The notes beneath the pieces are model-generated. The model made no database searches. It was not told the origin of the DNA and was given only the letters and a program-made list of their open reading frames with translations. Made by a program: the position numbers and the translations under genes. A stretch of 64,000 nucleotides of DNA from Bacillota bacterium (lineage in GTDB: Bacteria > Bacillota > Clostridia > Acetivibrionales > JAFADI01): NCBI GenBank assembly GCA_023424965.1, contig JAFADI010000100.1:5349-69348 (forward strand), given 5' to 3'. Below, in pieces: positions 26,275-35,904 of this stretch (the first letter of the stretch is position 1; every line of letters starts with the position of its first letter).

Positions 26275-27868
26275 TTCCCTTACTCCTGCGGTATTCCATG
26301 GGGGTTATGCCTTCCAGTTCCTTAAACAGCTTGGTAAAATACCGGATGTCGGTATAGCCCACTTCCTCACTGATTTCATATATTTTCTTCCCGGAAACCG
26401 TCAGCAGTTCCCTGGCTTTTCTTATCCTCAGGTCAATCAGATATTTCGAAAACAATTTTCCCGCCTGTTCCTTGAACATTTTGCTGAGGTAGGAGTATTC
26501 GATAAAAAACTTCTCCGATATTTTATACAGGGTCAATTCTTCATTGTAGTGCTGTTCGATATAGTTCAGAATGCTTTCCAGGGTCTTTTTTCTTTTGTCG
26601 GAGTTTTTCGCCCTTATGGCTTCAATCAGTGAACCTGTTGTTTCAAGGATGAAAGCCTTTACCAGCTCGATGCTTTTAACCTCATCAACCCTTTCATAAA
26701 GGCTTTTTCCGCCGTCCGCAGCAGAGTCGGCGTCATACCCTATATCCCTGGCGATTTCCAGGATGCAGTTGATGATATGCATGTTGAGGTACTTCAACTG
26801 CCTTAAGGACAAATGCATCTTTCCCGCCAAACCGAACAATTCATTGACGATTTCTTTGACTTTACCGCTGTCACAGAGATAAATGCTGTTGGCAAACAGC
26901 TTTTCTTTTTGTCCGAAGATGGAATCGGGAAGCTGGTATATTGCGCCCTCCCCGGTACAAACCTCATCCTTCCCCAGGAACATTTTCATTTCTACCTTTT
27001 CGTAAGCCTCCTGGTAGGCTTTCCCGAGCTCCCGGACCCCGTCATGGTTCCGGCTCATGCCCACAAACACTTCTGCATTCAGAAAATTGTTTACATGTCC
27101 TTTAATCATTTGTATAAGCCTGGCACTCTGATCGGAGTCGCATTTCATGTCCTCAATGACAAGCACGGACATATTGCCGCTGGTGGCAAACAGTTCATAC
27201 CTTCCCGCACACACTTTGCTGCACTCGTCGATGATGTTGTTGATGCTGAACCTGAGAAGTTCAAGGTTAAAGCCTCTAAGCACCGCCTCATTCCTGCCTT
27301 CTTCCTTCAGGCCGAACACCGCTGTGAAATAGTTTCGGAAATCGATTTTGAGGTTGAGGGTTTTCAGCTTCAAATAGGCAGCTTCATCGTAATCGCTCAT
27401 GGCAAGATTGTTTAAAAGCTTTTCTTTAATTGCCAGATTTCCTTCATTTATTTTTTGTTTAAGAATGTTTTCCTGCAGCTTTTTGTATTTGCGGCTTTCT
27501 ACCAATTCCACCGCCTTTCTGACGACAGAATCCAGTTCATCTTCTTTAATGGGCTTTAGAAGATAATCAAACACGCCGATCCCCAGTGCCCTCCGTACCA
27601 GTGTAAATTCGTTAAACCCGCTTAGCACGATAACCACCGTGTCTCCGGCCTCTTCTTTAATGATGGAAGACAGCTGCAGACCATCGATGACAGGCATTTT
27701 GACATCGGTAATAACAATGTCCGGCCTTATATTCCTGGCAATCCGCAGCGCATCCTCCCCGTCCGAGGCCTCGAAAGCCTCAAACATGGCATATTTCTCC
27801 TGCTTGAAATTGCAAAGAAGGGTATCCCTTATAATCTTTTCATCATCGGCAATGACAATTTTATACAT
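26240..27868 (-). CDS. response regulator, REC + AraC-type HTH (YesN-like)
   Basis: N-terminal receiver (IVIADDE...DVKMP) and a C-terminal AraC/XylS HTH (GYTDIRYFTKLFK). Confidence 0.9.
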   Translation of the reverse strand: MYKIVIADDEKIIRDTLLCNFKQEKYAMFEAFEASDGEDALRIARNIRPDIVITDVKMPVIDGLQLSSIIKEEAGDTVVIVLSGFNEFTLVRRALGIGVFDYLLKPIKEDELDSVVRKAVELVESRKYKKLQENILKQKINEGNLAIKEKLLNNLAMSDYDEAAYLKLKTLNLKIDFRNYFTAVFGLKEEGRNEAVLRGFNLELLRFSINNIIDECSKVCAGRYELFATSGNMSVLVIEDMKCDSDQSARLIQMIKGHVNNFLNAEVFVGMSRNHDGVRELGKAYQEAYEKVEMKMFLGKDEVCTGEGAIYQLPDSIFGQKEKLFANSIYLCDSGKVKEIVNELFGLAGKMHLSLRQLKYLNMHIINCILEIARDIGYDADSAADGGKSLYERVDEVKSIELVKAFILETTGSLIEAIRAKNSDKRKKTLESILNYIEQHYNEELTLYKISEKFFIEYSYLSKMFKEQAGKLFSKYLIDLRIRKARELLTVSGKKIYEISEEVGYTDIRYFTKLFKELEGITPMEYRRSKGIAGVDRGDMYE

Positions 27869-27888
27869 GACGGCACCCCCATACAGAT

Positions 27889-29736
27889 TTACCTGATCTC
27901 CGGCAAAAGCATCTCAACCGTTGTGCCTTTGCCCTGGATACTGAATATGTTTAAGCCAAACCCATTTCCATAGTTGAGCCTCAATCTCCGGTTGATGTTC
28001 CTCAGTGCGATCATGTCTTCTTCTCTTTCCGGCCGGTCGTCAAGCATTGCCTTTCTGATTTTTTCCAGGCGTTCTTCACCGATTCCCACGCCGTCATCCT
28101 GGACCACAATTTTTACCATCCCCTTGAGTCTGTAGCCCACAATATTGATTTCGCCCCGGTCCTTCTTTTTCTCAATGCCGTGGACAAGGGAATTTTCCAC
28201 CAGCATCTGTATCATCAGCCCCGGAATTTTGCAGTCGTATACTTCCTCTTCAATATCGTAGATGACCTTGAATTTGTCCTCAAATCGTATTCTCTGGATG
28301 GTAAGGTAATATTCCAGCTGCTCGATGGATTCCCGTACGGTGACAAGTTCACTGGTTTTGGAAAAGATGACCCTGAAAAGCATGGACAGGGAATAGGTCA
28401 TGTCCATGATGGGCTGCAGGCCATACTGCCTTGAAAGGGAGTAAATGGAATTCAGGGTGTTATAGAGAAAGTGGGGATTCACCTGCATTTGCATGGCCTT
28501 GATTTCGGCAAGGTTTTTTTCTTTCTCGATTTGCCTGTTTTTCTCCATGAGTTCCTGGATCCGGTCCATCATTTTGTTAAACCTTCTGGCCAGAATCTGA
28601 AATTCCTCAATGGCATTAAATTTTATCCTTGCATCCAGGTCTCCGTCATCCGCAATGGTTTCCATAACCGATTTAATTTCCGTTATGGGCCTGGAGATCC
28701 ACAGGGCGATAAAAGTGGCGATGAGGATAAATGCAATACAGCCCACGGCGATGACCACAATGGTGTATTTAAACAACCCCTTGTTTTTTTCCAGGAGATC
28801 GTCCTCCGTCACCAGGACCAGTATCTTCCATCCGCTGTTTATCGAAGTGTTGTAGATCCCCAGATATTTGCGGCCTGAGATGCTGATGTCGCCATAGCCT
28901 GAATTTGCGCTGGAAACCAGTTCTGCCAGTTCCGGTTCCACCGTCTTGAACAGCATATCCGGCAGGTCGGTATGCAAATACCGGTTGTCCTCGTCCAGTA
29001 TAAAAATCCTGGCTTTAATTCCAACGGTGCTTGTACCCAGAATGTTTGAAAGAAATCCATCCTTGAAATTTATGATGATTTTACCCAGTTCTTCTCCGGT
29101 TTTGGTGCTTATGATCCTTTTTACCGCCATAATGCTGGGGTAACTCCTTGGGGTGCTGTTTACATCCTGTCCTTTTGGGAGTTCCATGCCTTCTTCGATA
29201 ATGAGGGGACGTTCCTCTCCCATCCATATCATCTTGAGAGGTTTTTCCGCCAGCTTTGAATTTATTTTTTCCTCAATTTCAGGGCTGATGCTCTCCGGTT
29301 TTATAAACATGTTTTTTGAAGAAAAAAAGTTGCCGTTGTTGGATATGAAGTTTACAGATTGGACGTCGGTCCTGTCTCCGGTGACCGACAGCAGGATATC
29401 TTTCTTAAAACTGAAAAACCGTTTATAGTAGTCGTAGGACAGGTTATCCAGAGCTTCATTGAAGATGCTCAGGGAATTGTTGGAAAACAAAGGCCAGGTC
29501 CTCTTGTCAACTTCCACCAGCTTTTCGTCCAGCAGTTTGTTGGTCTGGTCCACCGTTTGCTGCAAATACATGGTTGTGTCATTGAGGAGAAATTTGTTCT
29601 GGCTCAAAAATGAAAAGGAATTAAACGTCGTTATCGGTATAACGATGATTACAACAAAGGAAATGATCAACCGATTACGAAAAGTGTTCAGATATAACCG
29701 CTTCAAATTCCCACCCCAATGCCGCAAATGATACAA
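27889..29736 (-). CDS. sensor histidine kinase (YesM-like: 2 TM, HAMP, His_kinase, HATPase)
   Basis: QVNPHFLYNTLNSI H-box typical of the LytS/YesM class. C-terminal ATPase motifs DDGVGI and GFGLNI. Confidence 0.9.
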   Translation of the reverse strand: MYHLRHWGGNLKRLYLNTFRNRLIISFVVIIVIPITTFNSFSFLSQNKFLLNDTTMYLQQTVDQTNKLLDEKLVEVDKRTWPLFSNNSLSIFNEALDNLSYDYYKRFFSFKKDILLSVTGDRTDVQSVNFISNNGNFFSSKNMFIKPESISPEIEEKINSKLAEKPLKMIWMGEERPLIIEEGMELPKGQDVNSTPRSYPSIMAVKRIISTKTGEELGKIIINFKDGFLSNILGTSTVGIKARIFILDEDNRYLHTDLPDMLFKTVEPELAELVSSANSGYGDISISGRKYLGIYNTSINSGWKILVLVTEDDLLEKNKGLFKYTIVVIAVGCIAFILIATFIALWISRPITEIKSVMETIADDGDLDARIKFNAIEEFQILARRFNKMMDRIQELMEKNRQIEKEKNLAEIKAMQMQVNPHFLYNTLNSIYSLSRQYGLQPIMDMTYSLSMLFRVIFSKTSELVTVRESIEQLEYYLTIQRIRFEDKFKVIYDIEEEVYDCKIPGLMIQMLVENSLVHGIEKKKDRGEINIVGYRLKGMVKIVVQDDGVGIGEERLEKIRKAMLDDRPEREEDMIALRNINRRLRLNYGNGFGLNIFSIQGKGTTVEMLLPEIR

Positions 29737-29846
29737 TTTACATAATACTATTTTTGCATGCCTCTATGGATTTTGTCGAGGTCTTTTTTTATTTCCGTCA
29801 TCTATTTCCCTACGCCCATGCAGCGGGAGAATCGCAGACGCTCTCG

Positions 29847-30701
29847 TCATTCTGCCTTTCCGTTCACCATGCAGGTCCTTATCCACCCTTTTACCACCGC
29901 CTTGATTTTTTCCTTTACAGGCTTTATGACATCCAGCGTATACGGATTTGTCCCCCTTCTTTCCAGTTCTTCCCTGAGGCTGTTCATATAGGTGCAGTGA
30001 ATGATGGTGCCCACATTCACCTTATTGATCCCGTTTCTTATGGCCTTCTGCACATCCTCCACAGGAATCCCCGTTCCTCCGTGCAGCACCAGCGGGATAT
30101 GGACGGCGGCATTCACCTGGGCCAGCCTTTCAAAGTTGATTTCCGGCCTGCCCTCATAAAATCCGTGAGCCGTCCCGATTCCCACGGCAAGGGAGTCCAC
30201 TGCCGTTTCTTCTGCCAGCCTCACTGCCTCCCTCACATCCACCAGAAAATCCCCTCCACTGAAATCTCCTTCAATGCCCTTCCCTTTAATCCTGCCCAGT
30301 TCCGCCTCCACATGCACCCCTCTGGGATGGGCATAGGAAACCACCTCCTTGACCATCCTTATATTTTCTTCCAGGTCATATTTGGAGGCGTCGATCATCA
30401 CCGAAGGATATCCGCAGTCGATGGCGTCCTTGCACATCTCCACACGGAAGGAATGGTCCAGGTGGTGGATCAGCGGTATTTTTGCCTTTTCCATGGCTGC
30501 CTCACCGAAGGCGCCGCAGATATGGGCTCCTATTTCCGTCACCACCAATGGATTTGAAGCGATCATCACCGGCGCTTCTTCCTCTTCCGCCGCTTCAACA
30601 ATGGCTAAAAAGTCCCATAGGTCCGAATAGTTGAAGGCCGGAATGGCATAACCCCCCTGATCCGCCCTCTTTAAAAGCTCTTTCAGTCTATCCCTGTTCA
30701 T
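29847..30701 (-). CDS. class II fructose/tagatose-bisphosphate aldolase family enzyme
   Basis: 284 aa. AFNY, HLDHS, VEAELG and LVLHGGTG motifs of the class II (Zn) aldolase fold. Confidence 0.88.
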   Translation of the reverse strand: MNRDRLKELLKRADQGGYAIPAFNYSDLWDFLAIVEAAEEEEAPVMIASNPLVVTEIGAHICGAFGEAAMEKAKIPLIHHLDHSFRVEMCKDAIDCGYPSVMIDASKYDLEENIRMVKEVVSYAHPRGVHVEAELGRIKGKGIEGDFSGGDFLVDVREAVRLAEETAVDSLAVGIGTAHGFYEGRPEINFERLAQVNAAVHIPLVLHGGTGIPVEDVQKAIRNGINKVNVGTIIHCTYMNSLREELERRGTNPYTLDVIKPVKEKIKAVVKGWIRTCMVNGKAE

Positions 30702-30716
30702 AAGTCCCTTCCTTTT

Positions 30717-31688
30717 CTACGTGTTGTTATTTTTGATAAACTTCATGACGGATTCAAAATCCGGGATTCCGCTGGTGGCACCCAGTTGACCGATGCAATG
30801 GGCCGAAACCGCCGATGCAAACCTGCCGCAGGCGCGCAAGTCCCATCCCCTGGCAATTCCGGTCAGAAAGCCTGCCACAAAGGCATCTCCCGCTCCCGTC
30901 GTGTCCACCGCCTCCACGTCGTATGCTTTCTGGTAAAAGCTTTCTCCCTTACCTTTTATGTAGCACCCTTCTTTCCCCAATTTTATGACCACCGTCCCCA
31001 CTCCCTCCTCCAGTAAAAAACCGGCCATGTCTTCAGGACTGTTCCTTTTTGTTATTTCCTTCGCTTCATTATAGCTGGGCATGAAAAAGTCCAGGTGCTT
31101 GAGGCAGGGTCGGATGATCTCAAGCCAGCGGCCGGTTGTATCCCAGGTGACATCCATGGAGGTCACCTTATTTTTAAGCCTGGCCAGATGAAATAGCCTT
31201 TCCGCTCCCTGCCCGTCAAAGCAGGGCAGCAAATAAGTCCCCCCTACATGGACAATTTTGCATTCATCCACCATCGCCGTATCTACATGCTCAAAAGAGA
31301 ACAAATCATTGGTTCCGCCATAATATAAAAAGGTTCTGTCCCCGTGTCCATTGATGAGTACGATGACGGCGGCGGTGGAGGTCCCGGGGACCACCCGCAG
31401 TCCCCGTACATCAATGCCGTAATTCCTGATGGTTTTCATAAGAAATTCTCCGAAGCCGTCCTCTCCCACAAGCCCGGCAAACCCTACGCTGTTTCCCAGG
31501 ATCTTCAGATCGATGGCCGTATTGAGGCAATCCCCGCCATTTTTTATACTGATATGCTCCACTCTTTTGGTATCTACATTGAAATCCACCTCATCCACAG
31601 GCTTTGCCAGGATGTCCGCCACCAGCTGCCCCACACATAAAATATCCATAGAATCCCCCTGCCGCCAATCCATCCGCTTATTGTTCAT
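30717..31688 (-). CDS. PfkB-family carbohydrate kinase
   Basis: 323 aa. GGDCLN N-terminal motif and DTTGAGDAFVAGF C-terminal motif. The RBS GAGGGGG lies in a small hairpin. Confidence 0.9.
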   Translation of the reverse strand: MNNKRMDWRQGDSMDILCVGQLVADILAKPVDEVDFNVDTKRVEHISIKNGGDCLNTAIDLKILGNSVGFAGLVGEDGFGEFLMKTIRNYGIDVRGLRVVPGTSTAAVIVLINGHGDRTFLYYGGTNDLFSFEHVDTAMVDECKIVHVGGTYLLPCFDGQGAERLFHLARLKNKVTSMDVTWDTTGRWLEIIRPCLKHLDFFMPSYNEAKEITKRNSPEDMAGFLLEEGVGTVVIKLGKEGCYIKGKGESFYQKAYDVEAVDTTGAGDAFVAGFLTGIARGWDLRACGRFASAVSAHCIGQLGATSGIPDFESVMKFIKNNNT

Positions 31689-31734
31689 AACCCCCTCATT
31701 ATTGACAACAAGGGGGTTATGGGAATTTTCACCG

Positions 31735-32784
31735 TCAGTCGTTGGTATAGAACCACTTGCTTATTTCAGGGTCGTTCATGTTTTCCTTGGTGGCTACCAC
31801 GCTCTCAATCAGTTTGTTTTTTACAATCTTGTCCTTCTGCCCGTTGAAGTAATAATAGGCATATTCCGCTGCCGTCTCCCCTATGGCCATGGGCTTCTGT
31901 ACCACGGTGGCATCGATTTCACCCTTCTTTAAAGCTTCGATTTGGGCCGGCCCTGCGTCGTAGCACATGATGGGTATTTTTACTCCCTTGGCCTTTATGC
32001 CGTTGGCAATGCCTGTGGCGGCAAAAAGATTGGTTCCGAAGGCTCCTGCCAGCTTGGGATGTGAAAGCATTATTTCCTGGATCTGTGCCGCCGCCTTTTC
32101 CGCCTGGTCGTTGCAATACTGCTTGCTTACCAGCTTGACATCGGGATAGGCCTTCAGTCCGTCTTCAAAGCCCTTTTGCCTCGCATCGGTGGTGGTTATT
32201 CCCGGTTTCGTATTGATAACGGCCACCTCGCCTTTGTTTCCGATGAGCTTGGCAAGGATATCGGCGGCCACTTTGCCGCCCTGCAAATTGTCCGAGGTTA
32301 TATTGGCAATGATAAAGCTTTCATCTTTGATGTTGGTATCAACGGTCATCACCGGAATACCCGCCTCCGAGCATTTCTTCAACGGTGCGATCATCGTTTC
32401 GTCGTTGTTCGGAGCCGTAATCAGCATGTCGACCTTTTTGGCGATCATGCTCTCAATGATCGGCGTTTGCTTGGTGTAGTCCCATTCCGTGGCGCCCTGG
32501 GTCAGCACCTTTGTCCCGTCTTTAAACAATCCAGCTACCTTGGACTCAAGCCCTCTTCTCATGCTCACATAGAAAGCATCTCCAGCCACACCCATTACAA
32601 ACGCCAGGGTCTTGCCTTTAACCTCGGCTTTTGCCGGCACTTCAGCCTTTGTATCCGCCGGCTTTGCATCTGCGGCCTTTGTGTCCGCGGCCGGCGCTGC
32701 AGGAGCTTTGGCCGAACCGCAGCCCGAAAGCATCAAACCCATACTCAATACTAGCACCAGTACATATGCAATTGTTCTCCTCAT
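31735..32784 (-). CDS. sugar ABC transporter substrate-binding lipoprotein (RbsB/CUT2 type), paralog 1
   Basis: Lipobox LSGCGS, an Ala/Lys/Asp-rich linker, then a periplasmic-binding-protein type I fold. Clearly paralogous to 34875-35879 by eye over the C-terminal ~230 aa. Confidence 0.9.
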   Translation of the reverse strand: MRRTIAYVLVLVLSMGLMLSGCGSAKAPAAPAADTKAADAKPADTKAEVPAKAEVKGKTLAFVMGVAGDAFYVSMRRGLESKVAGLFKDGTKVLTQGATEWDYTKQTPIIESMIAKKVDMLITAPNNDETMIAPLKKCSEAGIPVMTVDTNIKDESFIIANITSDNLQGGKVAADILAKLIGNKGEVAVINTKPGITTTDARQKGFEDGLKAYPDVKLVSKQYCNDQAEKAAAQIQEIMLSHPKLAGAFGTNLFAATGIANGIKAKGVKIPIMCYDAGPAQIEALKKGEIDATVVQKPMAIGETAAEYAYYYFNGQKDKIVKNKLIESVVATKENMNDPEISKWFYTND

Positions 32785-32884
32785 TTACAAACGACCTCCT
32801 TTTAATTAGTGGTGACAGTTTTCCGGGCGTAAATTTCCCACCTGTTCATCCGCTCATTTGCATCCCTCCCTTTCCACGCCATGT

Positions 32885-33886
32885 TCACTGCTTGTTCCGG
32901 ATCTGGTCCACATAAACCGCCGATATGATAATGACTCCGATGGAAACCATCTGCCAGAAGGGAGTGACATCGATCATTACCAGCCCTGTAACCAGAATGG
33001 AAATGATCCCCGCTCCGATGACGGAGCCCAGCATGCTTCCCGAACCTCCCATGACGCTGGTGCCTCCGATGACAACGGCTGCCACCGCATTCAGGTTTAC
33101 ATTTGCCCCGGTCAGGGGAGAAGCGGTGTTGAACCTCAATATCATCAGCAGTCCGGTGAGTGCCGCAATGGTGGAGGAAATCATATACACCTTGATCAGA
33201 TGCCTGTCTACATTTATTCCCGCTCTCCTTGAGGCTTCCGCGTTGCTCCCTATGGAGTAGGTGTGGATGCCGAAGCGCATTTTGGCGAGAATGACGAAGG
33301 CGAGGATTGCGATGACCCAGCTGACAATGGTGGAAAACCCGAACATCTTAAAAAGTATGATATTTCCCACTTCTCCCATTTGCAGGGGCAGTCCCACGAT
33401 GTCGGTCCCCTTGCTGAAAATAAAGCCCAGGCCCTGCAATATCCCCATGGTACCTAAAGTTGCGATAAAGGGAGTGATCTTCATTTTTGTGATGATGATG
33501 CCGTTAACGGCTCCGATGATTGCCCCCATCAGCAAGCCGCATACAACTCCCGTAAGGATGGCCAGGGTGGAACCCATCACCGGAACCAGGGCCCTGATCA
33601 GAATGGCCGCAGAAACTCCCACAAACCCTTCTACCGCCCCTACCGACAGGTCTATGCCCCCGGTGATGATTACAAAAGTTTCTCCGATGGCCAGCAGCAA
33701 AATCTCCGACATGTATACAAAGGTACTTGACCAGTAGGCCGTGGTAAAAAAATTCGGCTCAATGGCGGTAAATACCAGTACGATAAACAGAAACACCCCA
33801 ATGGTCCAGTAATCGCCTATCCGCTCCATGATCCGGGACCATTTGATCCTTAAATCCGCCTTGTTTTTTTCCAGCATTCCCCTCAT
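32885..33886 (-). CDS. sugar ABC transporter permease (RbsC/CUT2 type)
   Basis: About 10 TM helices with a GGIDLSVG motif. The start ATG follows AGGAGG. Coordinates were derived from the ORF track by codon counting. Confidence 0.88.
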   Translation of the reverse strand: MRGMLEKNKADLRIKWSRIMERIGDYWTIGVFLFIVLVFTAIEPNFFTTAYWSSTFVYMSEILLLAIGETFVIITGGIDLSVGAVEGFVGVSAAILIRALVPVMGSTLAILTGVVCGLLMGAIIGAVNGIIITKMKITPFIATLGTMGILQGLGFIFSKGTDIVGLPLQMGEVGNIILFKMFGFSTIVSWVIAILAFVILAKMRFGIHTYSIGSNAEASRRAGINVDRHLIKVYMISSTIAALTGLLMILRFNTASPLTGANVNLNAVAAVVIGGTSVMGGSGSMLGSVIGAGIISILVTGLVMIDVTPFWQMVSIGVIIISAVYVDQIRNKQ

Positions 33887-33914
33887 GCCTTTGCCTCCTG
33901 TCTGAAATATATTC

Positions 33915-34682
33915 TCAATGGCGCGCCATAAAGGTCTTTGACCCGGTAATCCATTGCACCACCTCGTCAATTCCCGTTTCTCCCCGATTCAGCTCTACGA
34001 TGGTTTTGCCAAGGCGGAGAACCGTAATCCTGTCGCACACCTCCATGACATGGGGCAGGGTGTGGCTGATAAGAATTACCGACAGGCCCCTGGCTTTTAT
34101 TTCGTTGATGAGATCCAGGACCATCTGGGACTGTTCCACCCCCAGGGCGGCCGTGGGCTCATCCATGATGATGATCTTTTTGCCCCACGCCACGGACCGG
34201 GCGATGGCCACACACTGCCGCTGCCCTCCCGACAGGGTCCCCACCTTCTGGTCGATGGATTTTATCGTAATCCTCAAGCGTTTTAGCTCTTCACTGACAA
34301 ACTCCTTCATGGCCTTTCTGTTCACAAACCCCAGCTTGCCGAGAATGCCCCCACAGGTCTCTTCCCTCCCCAAAAATATGTTGGAGTATACATCCAGATG
34401 GGGTGCAATGGCCAGATCCTGGTAAACCGTCTCAATTCCCGCCGCGATGGAATCCTTGGGGCTTTCAAAATTGACTTCCCTGCCGTCCAGGAACAGCCTT
34501 CCCTTATCCTTTTTGTGAACTCCCGATAAAACCTTTATGAACGTAGATTTTCCCGCCCCATTGTCTCCTACCAGACCGACGACCTCACCTTTTGCTATCT
34601 CAAAATCCACCTTTTCAAGGGCAATTACACTTCCAAAATGCTTTGCGATTCCTTCGGCTTTCAATACGGGCTGGCCTTCCAT
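33915..34682 (-). CDS. sugar ABC transporter ATP-binding protein, single NBD
   Basis: 255 aa. Walker A GDNGAGKST, signature LSGGQRQ, Walker B IIIMDEPTAAL. Confidence 0.9.
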   Translation of the reverse strand: MEGQPVLKAEGIAKHFGSVIALEKVDFEIAKGEVVGLVGDNGAGKSTFIKVLSGVHKKDKGRLFLDGREVNFESPKDSIAAGIETVYQDLAIAPHLDVYSNIFLGREETCGGILGKLGFVNRKAMKEFVSEELKRLRITIKSIDQKVGTLSGGQRQCVAIARSVAWGKKIIIMDEPTAALGVEQSQMVLDLINEIKARGLSVILISHTLPHVMEVCDRITVLRLGKTIVELNRGETGIDEVVQWITGSKTFMARH

Positions 34683-34849
34683 CCCAAAAGCACCTCCTCA
34701 AAAATTTTGCCGTCCCTTCTTCAGATAAAGCATGGTTTAATTCTAAGGCAAGGAAAAATATATTTGTAGGAGACGATTTTGAATTTTGTGGGGTTGGTTT
34801 GTGAATTTGGGACATTTATTGGGAAAAGGACAAGAAATGCGATGAAAAG

Positions 34850-34883
34850 AAAAATGGCCGGTAAAATTTTGTTTTTACCGGCC
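34850..34883 (-). terminator. intrinsic terminator overlapping the stop codon of SBP paralog 2
   Basis: Minus strand reads GGCCGGTAAAA-acaaaa-TTTTACCGGCC followed by ATTTTTCTTTTC. The TAA stop lies in the 5' arm. Confidence 0.75.
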
Positions 34884-35879
34884 ATTCGCATAGAACCATT
34901 TGCTTATTTCAGGTTCATTCATATTCTCCTGCGTGGTTACGATGCTTGGAACCAGGGTGCGCCTCGGGATCTTATCCTTCTGGCCGCTGAAGAAATAATA
35001 CACGTAGTCCCCTGCGATTTCCCCGATTGCCAGAGGCTTCTGCACCACCGTGGCGGAAATTTCACCCTTTCTCAAGCTGTCAATTTCCGTGGGACCCGCA
35101 TCATAGCATACAATGGGTATTTTTACTCCTTTGGCCTTCAGCCCGTGGGAAATTCCGATGGCGCTGTACAGGTTGGTGCCGAAGACTCCCGCCAGGGCGG
35201 GATATTCACGGAGTATTTCCTGTATCTGTACGGCCGCCTTTTCAGGCTGGTTACTGCAGTACTGCCTGCTTACAAGCTCAATCTCCCGGAAAGGCTTCAA
35301 CCCTTCCTCAAAACCTTCAACCCTTGCATCGGAGGTGGTAACACCGGGGTTGGTGTTAATCAGCGCAATCTGTCCCCGGCTGCCGATCAACCCGGCAAGG
35401 GCTCTGGCTGCGGCTTCCCCTCCCTGAAAATTGTCCGAGGTAATATTGGCAGTGACGAAGCTGCTGTCTTCGATGTCGGTATCCACCGTCATGACCGGAA
35501 TGCCTGCCTCCGCACACTTCTTTAAAGGCCCTCTCATCTTTCTGGCACTTACCGGCGCTGCAATCAGCATGTCTACTTTTTTGGCCGTCAGACCCTCTAT
35601 GATCCTGGCCTGCTGTACTGCATCCCACTGGGTGGCTCCCTGATAAAGTACCATAAATCCATGCTCTTCCGCCTTGTTCTGCAAGCCCCTGTTTACGCTT
35701 ATATAGAAAGCGTCATTTATAAGGCCCGCCACAAAGGCAACTTTCAGATTCTTTTGCATGGGCGCTGCAGGCTCAAGAACCGTGCCGGACCCGGGGAAGG
35801 TTTGCCCTCCGCTGCAGCCGGCAAGCGGTAATCCCATACACAACAGGAACAACAGAAGATGTGCAGCACGCTTTTTCAC
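34875..35879 (-). CDS. sugar-binding lipoprotein (RbsB/CUT2 type), paralog 2, co-transcribed with the ROK regulator
   Basis: GTG start at 35879 (GGGGGG 8 nt upstream) gives MKKRAAHLLLFLLCMGLPLAGCSG. Paralogous to 31735-32784. Confidence 0.85.
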   Translation of the reverse strand: MKKRAAHLLLFLLCMGLPLAGCSGGQTFPGSGTVLEPAAPMQKNLKVAFVAGLINDAFYISVNRGLQNKAEEHGFMVLYQGATQWDAVQQARIIEGLTAKKVDMLIAAPVSARKMRGPLKKCAEAGIPVMTVDTDIEDSSFVTANITSDNFQGGEAAARALAGLIGSRGQIALINTNPGVTTSDARVEGFEEGLKPFREIELVSRQYCSNQPEKAAVQIQEILREYPALAGVFGTNLYSAIGISHGLKAKGVKIPIVCYDAGPTEIDSLRKGEISATVVQKPLAIGEIAGDYVYYFFSGQKDKIPRRTLVPSIVTTQENMNEPEISKWFYANGR

Positions 35880-35904
35880 AGGAACAGCCCCCCGCTCCAT
35901 TTGT

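Noticed and set aside
29737-29846. Possible terminator between the aldolase gene and the histidine kinase
   Set aside because: The only stem is weak (4-5 bp, CCTC/GAGG) and its T-run is on the non-transcribed (plus) strand. It does not convince as a terminator for the minus-strand genes.
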